Shown here: positions 1 to 12,999 of the stretch, in pieces
Numbering within the stretch: the first letter of the stretch is position 1
Layout of the letters: each line of letters opens with the position of its first letter
From: Octopus sinensis
Lineage: Eukaryota
Length of the DNA stretch: 64,000 nucleotides
Reading direction: 5' to 3'
Assembly (NCBI RefSeq): GCF_006345805.1
Contig: NC_042999.1
Location: 137,268,001-137,332,000, forward strand
Translations under genes and position numbers: made by a program
Notes under the pieces: model-generated
Told to the model about the DNA's origin: nothing
The model's database searches: none
What the model saw: the letters and a program-made list of their open reading frames with translations, nothing else

Positions 1-479
1 TTGCTTTATATGGCAATAGGCTAAGGTTCAAGAAGTTACCACCTCAACTAAATGTAGCTGTAAGTGCTGACCAGATAGTTTCATTTAGATTTCATTAGAA
101 ATGTACAAATTATTTGGCAAATCATTCTGAATTTGTCACAACACTTCACACTGATCTCTTGATTCAATCTCTTTGTATTTGATCCCCATCTGCATCTAGC
201 ATTACTACAAGGAAATAATTGCTGACAACAGTAAAATGCTTGAATTTTTCTCTCTCCTTCAATCTCCCCTTCCCCTTCTCCCTGTCTTATGTGTGTATAT
301 CTTTCGGTTTAAATATATCTATTCCTCTGCATGTGCCTCTCTATATATATGGTATCTGGGTGTGTGTTTGTGTGTGTATTTATCTTATTTCTTAGTATAA
401 GAATATCTTCTTCTGCTTCTCTCTCTCTGAATTTTAATGCCTTGATTTCTTAATTTTACAGACACGAGAATTATACATT

Positions 480-1865
480 TTAAATATTGGAACGAAGAAT
501 AAAAGCTGGTGGTTAGAACATGGCATTGGTTGTCAGGTGACAAATAACACATGGGAGAAAAATTACCATGGAGAAACCAGTAGACCAATTCCACCTGAAG
601 AATTTGTAGAAGGGTGTCTTGTAGAATATTATTATGTTGAATTCATTCATGCTGCTGTGCAGTGTTTGTTTTCAGTAAGTACTTTTAATATCTTTCAGAT
701 CTTTAACTATTTTTCTTTTCTAACCACACTATTTCTTTCATGCTTTTAACTCATTTTCCCAAGTTTTTAAATATTCTTTTGTTTTTAAACATTTCTTTCC
801 CATATATAACCACTTCTTTTAGGTTTGTAGCCACATTTTCTTGTTAACTGTTATTTGCATAACTTTAACTGATTCTTTCATGGCTTTAACCATTTCTTTC
901 TGGCCTTCAACTACTTCTGCTTCTTTCATGTATCTAACTATCTATTTTACTTTTGTTGAAGCTATTTTTCTAAATTCCATTTTCAAAGATTTCTTGGAGA
1001 AATTAAATAAAGTGACAATTAACTGACAAAAAAATCAGTAGTTTGGATTGCATAACCAAACTAAGCTGTTTCTTGACATAGACTTATTTAAACCTCAGTA
1101 TAATCTAGTCTATATCAGCTGTAAATCAGTATCATGTGAAGTTGTACTTAACTGTTGTAAACAGTTCTCTTCTCCACTCTCTCTCTCTCTCTCTCATTTA
1201 CTTTTTATACCTTTATTTTATCACTTTACCTCTCTTAATGTTCCTCCTCATTGTATAGCTTTATCTTCATTCCACATTTTTTCTTTTACTCACACTATCT
1301 CTTCCTTCTCTCACTCTTCAGTCATTTCCTATATCTAATTGTCTTCTTAGGACTACTGCTCTTGCATGCTGCTGATTCTCACCCTATCAGTATATCTATT
1401 TATCTAAGTAATCTTCTACTCTTTATAATAATTTCTCCTCTTATTTCTCTCAGCACAGCTACAGCTTTCTCTTTTCAATCAACCAACAATTTGAACACTT
1501 GATTTTTTTATAGCGTTGTGAAAGACTAATTCTCTATTTGTAGCTGATGAAGCATAACAATGCAGAAATACAAGCATTTTATGGTTTAATGACATTATTC
1601 ATAGCATGTTTTGCGCAATATGTTTTTATTTATTTATTTACATATATCTGCAGCATCAGAAATGCTTTGCCCACTAGGCTCATAATGCTTATATTTACAA
1701 TGCCCCAAAACACTTTCATATACAATGCTTCCCCACTCCCCTCAGTAGAGATAACAACCTTAACAACTCTAACATGTTTGAATGATGGTAGGTTAAAATC
1801 AAGAACAATTATTATGATGCCTATTAGCAAATGTTCATGGGGAAGCTTCTTTTTAGGTACTGAAT
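480..1865 (-). mobile_element. Highly degraded non-LTR retrotransposon (RT region) remnant
   Basis: Minus-strand translations GEAL..VFWGIVNISIMSLVGKAF (ORF 1630-1830) and AMNNVIKP*NACISALLCFISY (~1545-1620) resemble LINE RT motifs (..NYRGISLLS..GK.F and .CFIDYEKAFD). Many stops; boundaries approximate. Confidence 0.5.
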
Positions 1866-4348
1866 AACATCTCTCCTTCCTGTGTTACCTGCCATATCTC
1901 TTTCCCAGTTTTCAGAGTTGGCACTCTAAATGTAGGCACATTGAAAGGTAGGTCTGGCGAGATTGTAGAAATGTTTGAACGGAGATGTGTTGATGTATGT
2001 TGTGAACAAGAGGTAAGATGGAGAGGAGCTTCAACCAGAGTCCTCACAGGCCAAGCACATAGGTATAAACTCTTCTGGGAAGGTAATAGTGATGGTATAG
2101 GGGGTGTGGGCATACATCTTGCAGATAAATGGGTGGATAAGGTCATAGAGGTATTGAGGGTGTGTGATAAAGTACTTAAACTCAGGCTAGTCTTGCAGAA
2201 TAGTATAACTATAATTATCTCTACCTATGCCCCACAAGTGGGCCTGCCAAATGAACAGAAGGATCACTTATATGATATTCTTCTGCAGGCTACCTCAAAG
2301 ACAAGTGACAATGATCTCATCTTTGTGGCTAGAGATTTCAATGGGCATGTCGGACAGCAATCTGGTATCTTCCATAGTGTACATGGGGGCCATGGGGTTG
2401 GTACCAGAAATGAAGAGGGAACTAGGCTCCTGTAGTTCTGTGATGCAAATAATCTATTGATCTGCAACACCAACTTCAGGAAGCCAGCTAGCCACCTGAT
2501 AACCTATCAATCAGGTGACTCTGCTAGCCAGACTGATTTCATTCTCATCAGACAGCGGGATGCATGGTTGCTCTTAAATACAAAGACCCTCCCTGGTGAA
2601 GATTGTACCTGCTTCCCAACTTAGACTAGTTAGACTTGAAGCCAGAAGGATGCCAAACCAAAAATCCAGACCAATTTGGAAAAGAAGTACTTGAAAGCTT
2701 GGGAACCCTTCACATGGTCAGAGATTTAGGGATATCCTTACCAAGCAATTTGATGGTAGGGAGAAGGAGCTACAGTCCTGTGACATAGAAGGCAGCTGGG
2801 AATTCCTGCAAGACAGCTTGCTGAGTGCCACAGACCAAATCTGTGGCTGGTACAAAGTCCCTTCCAGACCTAGTGTAACATGGTGGAACAATACTGTAGA
2901 CAGGGCCATTAGAGCAAAGAAACAGACTTGGAATGCCTGGAAGAGTGGGGGTAGCAGGAGAATGTATCAGATAGCCAAAAGGGAAGCTAAGAGACAAGTA
3001 TATATAGCCAAGGAAATAGCAGAAAAGAAGTTTGCCAATGTTCAGTGACATGAGGACCAAAGAACTGAGGTATTTCAGATTGCAAGACAGTGTGTGAAAG
3101 AAAACCACGATGTCATAGGAAAGAAATGTGTCCGAATGGATGATAGTACCCTTGTATTTAGTGATTCTGCTAAGAAAGAGGCTTGGAGAAGCCATTATTA
3201 AAAAGACTGCTGAATGTGGAGAATGAATGGGAGGAGGGAGCTCCTACCTCTGCTAAGGGCCGCTCACTCAGGGTGAAAGGCAGACTGTATGATGCATGTG
3301 TGCAAACTGCCGTGCTACATGGCAGTGAAACATGGGCCATGAATGCTGAGGACATGCGCAGGCTTGAAAGAAATGAAGCTAGCATGATATGCTGGATGTG
3401 TAATGTCAATGTGCATACACGACAGTGTAAGCACCCTGAAAGAAAAGTTGGACATAAGAAGCATCAAATGTGGTGTGCAAGAGAGGCAACTGCACTGGTA
3501 TGGCCATGTGTTACCTATTAATGAAGACAGCTGTGTGAGGAAGTGCTACTCCCTAACTGTAGAAGGAACCTGTGGAAGAGGTAGACCCAGGAAGACATGG
3601 GATGATGTGGTGAAGCATGAACTTCGAGCACTGGGCCTCACAGAGGCAATGACAGGAGACCAGGACCTTTGGAGATATGCTGTGATTGAGAAGAGAAGGC
3701 AACTAAAGTGAGATCACAGCCACACATGTCCAGCCCTGATGCATAAGGTGATATGATATGCTTCAGAAAACCTGTTGAGTCAAGTAAAACCAATATCGTA
3801 GCTGGGGCCAGTGCTCCCTGACTGGCTCCAGTGCCGGTGGCACATATAGAGCACCATCCGAATGTGGTCAATGCTAGGCCTGCCTGACTGGTTCACGTGC
3901 TAGTGGCACATAAAAAGCATCAACTGAACATAGCCGAAATGCCAGTGCTGCTTGACTGGCTCCCGAGCCAGTGGCACATAAAAAGCACCATTCAAATGTG
4001 GTTGATGCCAGGTCTGCCTGACTGGCTCCTGTGCTGGTGGCACATAAAAAGTACCAACCGATCATAGCCGGTACCAGTACCCCTGACTGGCTCTTGTGCC
4101 AGTGGCATATAAAAAAAGTCCATCCAAATGTGATTGATGCTTGGCCTGCCAGACTGGCTCCTGTGCCAGTGGCATGTAAAAAGCACCCACTACACTTTTG
4201 GAGTGGTTGGAGTTAGGAAGGGCATCAAGCTGTAGAAATATTGCCAGATCAGATTGGAGTCTGGTGCAGCCACTGGCTCTCCAGACTTCAGTCAAACCAT
4301 CCAACCCATGCCAACGTAGAAAATGGACATTAAATGATGATGATGATG
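1866..4348 (+). mobile_element. RTE-clade LINE, inactive, with internal deletion of the RT core
   Basis: APE endonuclease motifs (GTLNVGTLKGRSGEIVEM, YAPQVG, ARDFNGHVG, QTDFIL), linker TWWNNTVDRAIRAKK and post-RT C-terminus (LRVKGRLYDACVQTAVLHGSETWA, RGRPRKTW). The 3' UTR carries tandem repeats and an (ATG)n tail ending ~4348. Stops and frameshifts present. Confidence 0.9.
3820..4190 (+). repeat. About 60-bp tandem repeat (~6 copies) in the RTE 3' UTR
   Basis: Recurring ctgactggctcc..gccagtggcacataaaaagcacc unit; related units at 28215-28420 in the opposite orientation. Confidence 0.8.
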
Positions 4349-4399
4349 TCTACAAGGTGCATGGTTTCTTGAGGTTGTCTGAATGTACACAAATGTGTT

Positions 4400-4700
4400 A
4401 ATTGTAACATATTTTATTCAAGGCTGCTCTACTTAATTGACAAACCTTTGCACACATCGAATATACTATTTGCTATTCTTAGATATAAGGACTACTGTTC
4501 TTATAGGGCCATGAAAGAATTGGTTCTGTATTCATAGTTGATGAAGCATAATTATGCAGAAATGTATGCATCCTATGTTCTGATGATGTCATTCATAGCC
4601 CAATGTGTTTCCACACATTGTCTATGAGGGTTCTTGTCCTAAGATTATTTTCACAATGAAAGATCTTTTTTAGTAGTTTATATAATTGTAGATTTGTTTA
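4400..4700 (-). mobile_element. Degraded LINE RT remnant, paralogous to 1335-1620
   Basis: Minus translation WAMNDIIRT*DAYISA*LCFINYE; nucleotide similarity to 1545-1620 (tgatgaagcataa..atgcagaaat..attcatagc). Confidence 0.45.
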
Positions 4701-4809
4701 AAAATTCCACATATGCTGTGCTAGTACCCAGTTAATCATTGCACACACACAACATTTTGTTTCCATTGTGTGTATTCTGTTTTATAATTATATTTTGTTT
4801 TCTTATTAG

Positions 4810-4862
4810 CTTCATCTGGTGAAAGGGCTGTCTTTGTGGATTCATTGCGATCCAAGATCTAA
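4810..4862 (+). CDS. Candidate alternative terminal exon E1 (phase 1): xSSGERAVFVDSLRSKI*
   Basis: Long T-rich tract tattttgttttcttattag|CT; open in phase 1 to TAA 4860-4862; ends S-K-I. Confidence 0.4.
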
Positions 4863-5289
4863 TGTATTACTTTTCTGTTACCTAATGTATTTGTTTTGTT
4901 ATCAATTAGATCACAGGTTTATTTATTAATTCTTGTCCAGTTTGGAAGTGAACAGAAACCTGTGACACTTATTTGAGTCACAGGTATGAAAATTAGAAAT
5001 AGAAATCCTGGAATGAAAATTAGAAATAGTAAATACATGTTTGTGTGTGTGGTTCTGATTGTGTGAGTGTGTGTTTTCTAAATGCATATATGCAGCCCTA
5101 TATAGGTATTTACATACATGTATGGGCATATACACATACCTGTGCCAACATGTATCTCCATGTATGCATATCGATACATGTATATGTTTGTGTGCATGTG
5201 TTTGTATAATGAATTGTACGCCTACTTATATGTGACCTGAATCTCATTACTACTATAATGCTTGCACACATCAATATTCATTTATAGAT

Positions 5290-5760
5290 TGATAATAAAA
5301 CATGATGATACCTTGATAAAAGCAAATAGCCAAAGGGAAGAAGTCTTACATACATGCCTGACTATATATGACAGATGAGGTGAAGAAGGAGGGACAAAGC
5401 ATTGAAGTCAAACAAGTTTAGCTTTGCTGTAAAAATGATTGATTAAGTGAAGAACAGTTCTTTAACCTGGATACTATGATAAATTGCTGTGGTAGTGATG
5501 GTGAATGTAAAGATAAAGTTGTCTTGCTTGCTTAAAGGTGTTTGAATAGATAAAAAGCAGACTAAGAGGCCAATAAAGTCTGTGGGCTATTTAAACTTCA
5601 TATTGGTCACCTTTTGAGATCTGCTAACTTCAGTAAAAAGAAGTCAATTGATGTAGTTATAGCTACATTGAAAGATCAAAAACAGCTTGTGAAATCTGTC
5701 TTCAAGGAAAGAATATGAAAGAAAAGAATACAGATGAAGGCAGTGAAAGTAATGATGTGA
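5290..5760 (+). mobile_element. Degraded LINE RT C-terminal fragment
   Basis: EEQFFNLDTMINCCGSDGECKDKV resembles RT V.EF.YLGS.I..DG.C..D.; heavily decayed. Confidence 0.3.
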
Positions 5761-5799
5761 CACCATTTAAACTTTTGTAACTATATTTCAAATAAATTG

Positions 5800-6000
5800 T
5801 TGTTTAGCTCTGGTCAGCTTTGATCAAGCTGATTTATGAGAGGCATGCCAGCTGTGACTATCCACTCTTTTTTCTCCCTGTTATAGTGCATCTAGAACTA
5901 CATTATTGAAAATGTCCTTTCTTCCATCCTTCCTTTTAAGATGGTAGGTGTAATTCAGCTAGTTCTAGTAGGTCGAGCAACCACAGATGTCCATCATTAA
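5800..6000. repeat. Dispersed SINE-like repeat, family B
   Basis: tttagc(t/c)c..ggtcagc.ttgatcaag..ccagctgtgact..ctacattat motif recurs near 12500-12920, 16030-16420, 18390-18580, 37330-37640, 42620-42790 and 63120-63210. Confidence 0.6.
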
Positions 6001-6259
6001 CTTCATTTCTAATGTGTAGACTGCCTTATGTTTCAAGTAATTTTTAATATAAAAAAATTTTTGGTGGTGTTTAGTAAAATATATATTTTATATATTTGTA
6101 TATATTATGTTGATCAACAGATATCTTGCAATAAAATTGATGTTGTAATAAGATTTTAATACATTTTATTTTAGATATGAATACTTTAGTACAATTAGTA
6201 ATATGTTTGTTTTAGAAAAGTCTTCACTCACCATATATGTCAAACATAAAGAAAAGTTA

Positions 6260-7517
6260 TCAAGTCATTAAGAATAAAATGTCCGATTTTGAATTGAAAG
6301 TTTATTTTACTCTATCTCAACAAAAAGTAATGCAGTTAATCAAAGTATTCACCTAAATTATCAACACAGTTTTGCCATTTTATCAGTAGCTTATTTATGC
6401 TGGCAGTGAAGAATTCTGGAGAGCAAGAGGTGATGAAATCATGAAAGGCTGTTTTTGCATCTTCTTTGGATTTGAAGTTTTTTCCTTGCAAGCAGTTGTC
6501 TAATGCCTGGAAAACATGATAATCAGTTGGTGCAAGGTCTAGTGAATAAGGTGGATGACAGAGTACTTCTAAGTTCAATTATTGTAACTTCAGTGGCATT
6601 CTTTGTGCAACATGTGGTCAAGCATTGTCTTGCAAGAGAATTGGCCTGTCTTTATTGACCAATCCTGGTTGTTTAATTGCAAGTTCACTCATTTCATCCA
6701 ATTGGTTGATGTATACATCTGCTGTAATTGACTTACCAGGTCTCATGAAGCTGTAGTCGATGACACCAGTGGTGGATCATCAAACAGACACCATTAGCAT
6801 TTTTGTTGAATATTCTTTTTGGGATTATGTTTTGACACTTCATCTCTATTCAGCCACTGTGCAGAATGCTTGCTATTGTTGAAAATAATCCATTTTTCAT
6901 CACATGTAACAATATGATACAAAAATGACTTGCTTTTATGCCGTGACAGCAAAGAACACCAAGTTTCAAGATGACGTGTCATTTGATGCTCGTTCATTTC
7001 GTGTGATACCCACTTGTTCAGCTTCTTTACTTTGCTGATTTGTTTCAGATGGTCTAATACAGTTGGAATTGAAACATCAAACCTTGTTGCTAACTTATGC
7101 ATAGTTTGAAATGTATCTGTTTCCAATACAGTTTCCACCTCATCATTATCCACCTTGGTCTCAGGTCTAGCATGTGGTTAATTTTCAAGAGTAAAGTCTC
7201 CAGACTGGAACTTCTCAAACCGTTGACGTACAGTGTGCTCATTCGCCACATCTTCACCAAACACCTCATTGATGTTTCGAGCTGTCTGGGATGCACTGGT
7301 TCCTTGACAGAACTCATTCATAAACAGCACGAATTTTTAATCTGTCCATGGGTTCACAAGAAAACACAAAATAATCAGACACTATAAATTGCATTTCAAA
7401 AAGTGATGATGTAACTCTTCAACGTTGTAAAGCAAAGAATTGTTAGAATAAAACTGAGTTAATGACTATCGAACTTGGTGCATAAGAAATTTGGATATTT
7501 CATTCTTAATGACCTGA
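6260..7517 (-). mobile_element. Full-length decayed mariner (DD34D) DNA transposon
   Basis: About 30-bp TIRs (tcaagtcattaagaataaaatgtcc vs reverse complement tcaggtcattaagaatgaaatatcc) and TA duplication at 6258-59 and 7518-19. Transposase pieces: WVSHEM (WVPHEL), IVTCDEKW, HPPYSLDLAPTDYHVF; frameshifts and stops. Confidence 0.95.
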
Positions 7518-8229
7518 TAATTGATAACTAACATACAAATTTCATGTTTGCAATATAGTGAAATGGAAATTTTTAATTTAATGAGATTATCTATGCAGTT
7601 ATTATGCAAAATTTCTTTTCGGATGGAGGACAGAGGTCTCTTTGTTTAATTATGCAAATAAGCAAAGGCAACAGTTCCAATAAAATCACGAGTGAATTTT
7701 TTAGAAAATATAGAAGATGCATTATTGGAGTGGATTTAATGATACTTCCCCAAGGTGCTATGAAGTGGACTGAACCTGAGATCCTATAGCAAGCAAGCTT
7801 CTTACCATGCAGCTATGCCTGCACCTACTGCATATTAGGCACAAATTTGGTAAGGTCTCACATATGTAATATGAATTGAAAATTTTTAACTAAGATTATC
7901 CAGTTAAAGTTATAGTTGTTACCTCTTTCTTCAAACATTCCCCATCTCCCTCACACACTCTTGCCACTCCGTCCACTCACACTCATGGTTCCTCTATCCC
8001 AACTCACTACTACTCACCCAGACACCTCATCACTACTATTTTATTGCTTTCCAGCTTCACCAATCACAGCCACTCTCTCCTAGAATATGAGAATTCATTT
8101 AGCACCTCCACAGCAAGAAACCTGTTCAGCTCTGGCCCCTTTCCTCATACTTTCACCCTGCATCTTCTAGCATAAAGCTGCCCTACCTTAGGATTTGTAG
8201 TCTTGCAAGATGGTGACCTCACTAGTATT

Positions 8230-8395
8230 GGTGTGAAAAGACTCCTAGTACACATTGTAAAGTGGTTGGCATTAGAAAGGGTATCCATCCATAGAAACCA
8301 TGCTAAAGCACAATGCTGTCTTTGGATACATTACATCCTGTCAAACCATCCAGCCCATGCCAGCATGAAAACTGGACATTGAATGATGATGATGT
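8230..8395 (+). mobile_element. RTE 3'-end / tail-derived repeat
   Basis: Matches 4190-4348 (gtggttggc.ttagaaaggg..aaaccatcca.cccatgccagcatg..aatgatgatg). Confidence 0.75.
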
Positions 8396-9160
8396 AGAGA
8401 ATATGTAATGCTGCTATTTATTAAAATCAACAATATAACTGCCCAATAAGACTTATACAAGCTAATTGCTTTTACTAGTTATCTTAAAGACCAGATCCAC
8501 TCTCATTCAGTATTTTCTATATTTTCCAAAACTTTCAAATGAAGTGATTTTATAGCAGCTATCAAAGCATCCAACCCATACTAGCATGGAAGATATTAAA
8601 CGATGATGATGATGCATGTGTGTGTGTGTGTATTATCTGTGTGTGTTTGTGTACATGTGTGTTCTTGTATTTAAATTTTCAGATAATTGGTAATCAAATA
8701 TATAACTTTTAAAAGGGAAAAATGAAGGTATTTTTGTGTTGCGAAGGTTACTACGAAGGTTCCTTTTAAATATTAGCCGTCACTTTTCCCACATTTTACC
8801 AACATATCTCAGTCTTAATTTTCTATACTTCTGATTGGTGCTACACAATACTATCACCAATAATAGGTGTGTCTGTTTCTGGATTAGTCTCGTATGTTGA
8901 AAGAAATGACATAGAACTATCATATGGAGTGTAGTCATATATGAATGAGAGCTGACCATTAGTGAATTATTATTAGTTTTCAATATGTCTTTTGTAGTGA
9001 ATATAATAGGTTAAAAAAATTAGAACAGGTTTAATGCCACATTATTAACTTCATAGAAAGTAGTTGTGAAGCTTGAATTGTTGATGAACAGCTTAAAAAT
9101 AGAAAGACAGCAATCTTTCTTATTTGTAGTACCATTCTGTAAATGATGATGACAATAATA

Positions 9161-10041
9161 ATTTCTTTCAATATTGGCACAAAGCTTGTAATTTTAAATT
9201 AAGATGGCTAGTTGATTATCTTGTTAATTAATTATCTTAATTAATCAACCCCTAAAAGGATGAAAGGCAAAGTTGACTTTGGCAGGATTTGAATTCAAGA
9301 TGTAAAGAATCAGAACTAATGCTGCAAAGCATTTCTTCTGATGTGCTACCAATTCCGCCAGCTCACCACTTTAGTAATAATAATCCTTTCTACTATAGAC
9401 ATTGAAATTTTAGAAGAAGGGGCTACTCAATTACATCAACCCCCTATGTACCCCAGCTGGTATTTATTGATTCCAAGAAGATGGAGGACAAAGTTGGCCC
9501 CAGCAGAATTTGAATTCAGAACATAAAGATGGATGAAATGCTGTTAAGTATTTTGTCCAGGATGCTAACGATTCTGCCGTCTCACAGCCTTAATAATAAT
9601 AATAATAATCCTTTCTACTAAAGGTACAAGGCCCGAAATTGGGGGGAAGGGAACTAGTTGATTACATCGACCCCCAGTGTTTCACTGGTACTTAATTTAT
9701 TGACCCTGAAAGAATAAAAGGCAAAGTTGACCTCAGCAGAATTTGAACTCAGAACATAGCTAAGCATTTTGTCCATTGTGCAAACAATTCTGCCAGCTTG
9801 CCACCTTAAATAACAACAAAAAATAATATTTGTTTCAAATTTTGGCACCAGGCCAGCAAGTTCAGGGAGGGGATAAGTCAATTACATTGATCCCTGTACT
9901 CAGCTGGCACTTATTTAATTGATCCCACAAGGATGGAAGGCAAAGTCAACCTCGGTGGAACTTGAGTTCAGAATGTAAGTATGGACAAAATGCTGCTAAG
10001 CATCTCTCCCAGCATGCCAACGATTCTGCCAGCTCACCACC
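9161..10041 (-). mobile_element. Four head-to-tail tRNA-derived SINEs (family C)
   Basis: About 220-bp units at 9161-9367, 9382-9589, 9606-9805 and 9825-10041. The minus strand begins ggc..gagctggcagaatcgttagc with a B-box-like gagttcaaattc; units are separated by (AAT)n tails. Confidence 0.85.
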
Positions 10042-10310
10042 TAATAATATAATAATGATAATGCTTCTAAATATTTACATAAGGTGAGTAATTTTAGTGG
10101 GTAAGTCAATTATAAAACGTCCCCACCACCACCACACCAGTTTGTACATATACACACAAAATGACTAGTGGTAGTGTAGGGAGTTCTGTTTCCTAATATT
10201 TTGATTTAATTTTGGAAAACTAAACTTTTACTCTTTTCAGAATTGGAAAACAAGTTTTTTATTTGTAGCTTTGATATCATTTTATATTAATTATAATTTT
10301 TATTATTGAT

Positions 10311-10317
<7 letters not shown>

Positions 10318-10362
<45 letters not shown>
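10318..10362. repeat. (TA)n microsatellite
   Basis: Direct inspection; other (TA)n, (CA)n and (CT)n tracts near 10584, 17636, 22996, 31558, 53040 and 59310. Confidence 0.95.
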
Positions 10363-10363
<1 letters not shown>

Positions 10364-10580
10364 TGACAAAATTCTATTAAATTGAATGTAACCTGGAAGA
10401 CTATTTTTTTACTGTTTTTAGTGTAAAAAAAAACACTTTCAAATGATGTATACTATTGCATAATACAAAATTATATTATTAAATTAAAATAGTGTGTGTG
10501 CATGTGTGCATAACCAGATTGAGACCAAAACAAGTCTTTTTCATGCTACCCAAAACAAATGAACCATCTCCTCAGACATT

Positions 10581-10622
<42 letters not shown>

Positions 10623-11850
10623 TACATATTCACAAACTTCCTTTTCTTACCCATTTAATCTCTCAATATTGAGCCAATGAAGCATCCTCTATGTGGTCAT
10701 TCAACATGCTAGAAACAACAGTTAAATCTCTTTGCATCTCACCCTATTATTTGAAACAAAAACAAAGGATGGACGGGTTAATTTGCTCATAGATATCCTG
10801 AAACTACCAGCTGAACATGGCTGGATATTATCTTTCATCATGGGTCTGCTTTTAAGGAGTCTGACCTGTGGCTAAACAACAACAGCAACAGTACCAATAA
10901 CCTCTCTGTATTTTTCCAACATTCTTTCAATTCCATAACTGATATTTTTTGTATATTTTTGTTTCCATTCCCCTCACCCCCCTCTCTCTCTCTCTCATGT
11001 AACATTCTCTTTCTCACTAACAGACATGCATAGATTTTCTTTAATCTCAACTATTCTTTAGTATGTATACCAGTGACTCCCCAAACATTTTTTTTTTCCT
11101 CTGTTTCTTTTTGCTAGTGTTGCTTTTTCTTGCTTCTATTTCATGCTTCATTTTCATCTCCTGTATCACTTTATGGAACAGTCCTCCCCTCCTCTTTTTC
11201 TTTCTCTCCCTCCCTCTCACACACATTCCATTGATGTAATTTTTTTTTTAATTTTTAAAATGATTAATTAGTGTATTTTATTATTCTGTCCAGTAAATCT
11301 GAAAGCTATTAAATGAAGGGTTTAGTGTGGTTTATATAAAATATTTTATATTATATATTATCTTCCTTAATTAATATTAATAAAGATAGTGGAGTGGCAA
11401 AATCTGTAGACTAATTTGGCCAAAATACCTTATAATATTTATTTACTGAATTCAAATACCACCAAAGTTAACATAGCCTTACATCTCCCCATGGTCAATA
11501 AAATAAAGGACCAGTCAGTTATCTGAGTTGTTTCATTCAACTGTTCCCACCTCCAAATGCTTGGCTCAATGCCTAATAGAAATTATCATTCTCAATAAAT
11601 GAATTATTATATAAATTCTTTTCTTTGACCACGAAATGTAGATTTGTTTTCCAGAATTATTTCAGTGTTTCCTTATTGATATAAATCCTCTATTTAGTAA
11701 AGCTTCTATTTGCTATGAATTATTAATGGCTCATAAAATTTTCCTATTCAAGTAGAAATAATAACATCGCAAAATATCTGCTATGGCAGATCTACACATT
11801 TAAAAGAATGTCAGTGATAATTTTAAAGTGTTTGTGTGTATACATATGTG

Positions 11851-11854
11851 TGCA

Positions 11855-11942
<88 letters not shown>
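11851..11942. repeat. Compound (TG)n(TA)n(GA)n microsatellite
   Basis: Direct inspection. Confidence 0.95.
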
Positions 11943-11945
<3 letters not shown>

Positions 11946-12654
11946 TTTATAGACTTACATACCCTTACATTCACACACGCACATACGTTTTGTGTGTATG
12001 TGTGTGTAATAGGCTTGTAGGGGTTTAAAAAAGGAAAACAAGATCCATAACTCAGCAGCTGACTAATGAGTTAATTTTTTTTTTCATTTGTGAATAAGAC
12101 AGTTCTTTACCAATTATATATAAAGATTCACGTAAACAACTATATAGAAATGGTAAATGTTGTTCAGTACATTAACAACTTTGTGCTGTTGGATATTGAG
12201 AATATTTTATCAGCTTACCATATACTCTTTAGAAATTTCCTGTTACTGTATCCCTCTCACTTTCTCTCCCTCTCTCTCTTGCTTTCTCTTTCTCTTACTT
12301 TCTTAGACTCTTTATTTTTGTCTTTTACATATATTTCTTTCTTATATATTGTGTGTGAGAATATGTAGATATGACTATATGCATGTATGTATGTGAGTTC
12401 TGGTTTTATTTCTCTCAAACTGAGAAAGGCTCTTTCATTGGAATTTAGATGGCATCAACTAAGTAGTCCAGTATATATATATATATATGACTATGTTGCC
12501 AGTAACATTCTCAGAAGATACTAGTTGGTGTCCATGACTGAGATACTCCTTAGTGAACTGAGCTGTCATGTGTAGAGGTAAAACTACTGTTTAGGTCCAG
12601 ATCAGCTCTGATTGTTCAGATGAGTAGTCAAAGGCATTACAACTCTAACCATCT

Positions 12655-12820
12655 TCATCATCATCGTTTAACGTCTGTTTTCCAAGCTGGCATGGATTGG
12701 ATGATTTGACTGAGGACTAGAAAGCCATGAGGCTGCACCAGGTTTCAATCTGATCTGGCAATGTTTCTACAGTTAGATGTCCTTCCTAATGCCAACCACT
12801 CCAAGAGTGTAGTGGGTGCT
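12655..12820 (-). mobile_element. RTE 3'-end / tail-derived repeat
   Basis: catcatcatcgtttaacgtc..gcatggattgg..ctgatctggca..ccttcctaatgccaaccactcc is the reverse complement of the RTE tail. Confidence 0.8.
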
Positions 12821-12999
12821 ATCCTGATATTTTTTTCTCTAGGAACTACATTGCCCAATGTAGCCTTTCATTTTTAAGAAGACAGTGTTTTGGCTGCAAT
12901 TTCCAATAGGTCAAGTGATTTAATAGACTCTTTTATTGTGTGAACCAAACACAACTTGTTGAACTGCCATGTGTTGTGATAAAGCAGCTTGATGACTAT

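Noticed and set aside
1545-4615. Similar segments at 1545-1620 and 4540-4615 as an LTR or TSD pair around the RTE
   Set aside because: They are quite diverged, not adjacent to the element ends, and both translate as decayed RT motifs, so they are better explained as independent old LINE fragments.
4810-4862. E1 as a PH-domain C-terminal helix (ER..F.D.LR..I, IQSEC-like)
   Set aside because: A stop follows immediately, no other PH exon is visible, and the similarity is too short.
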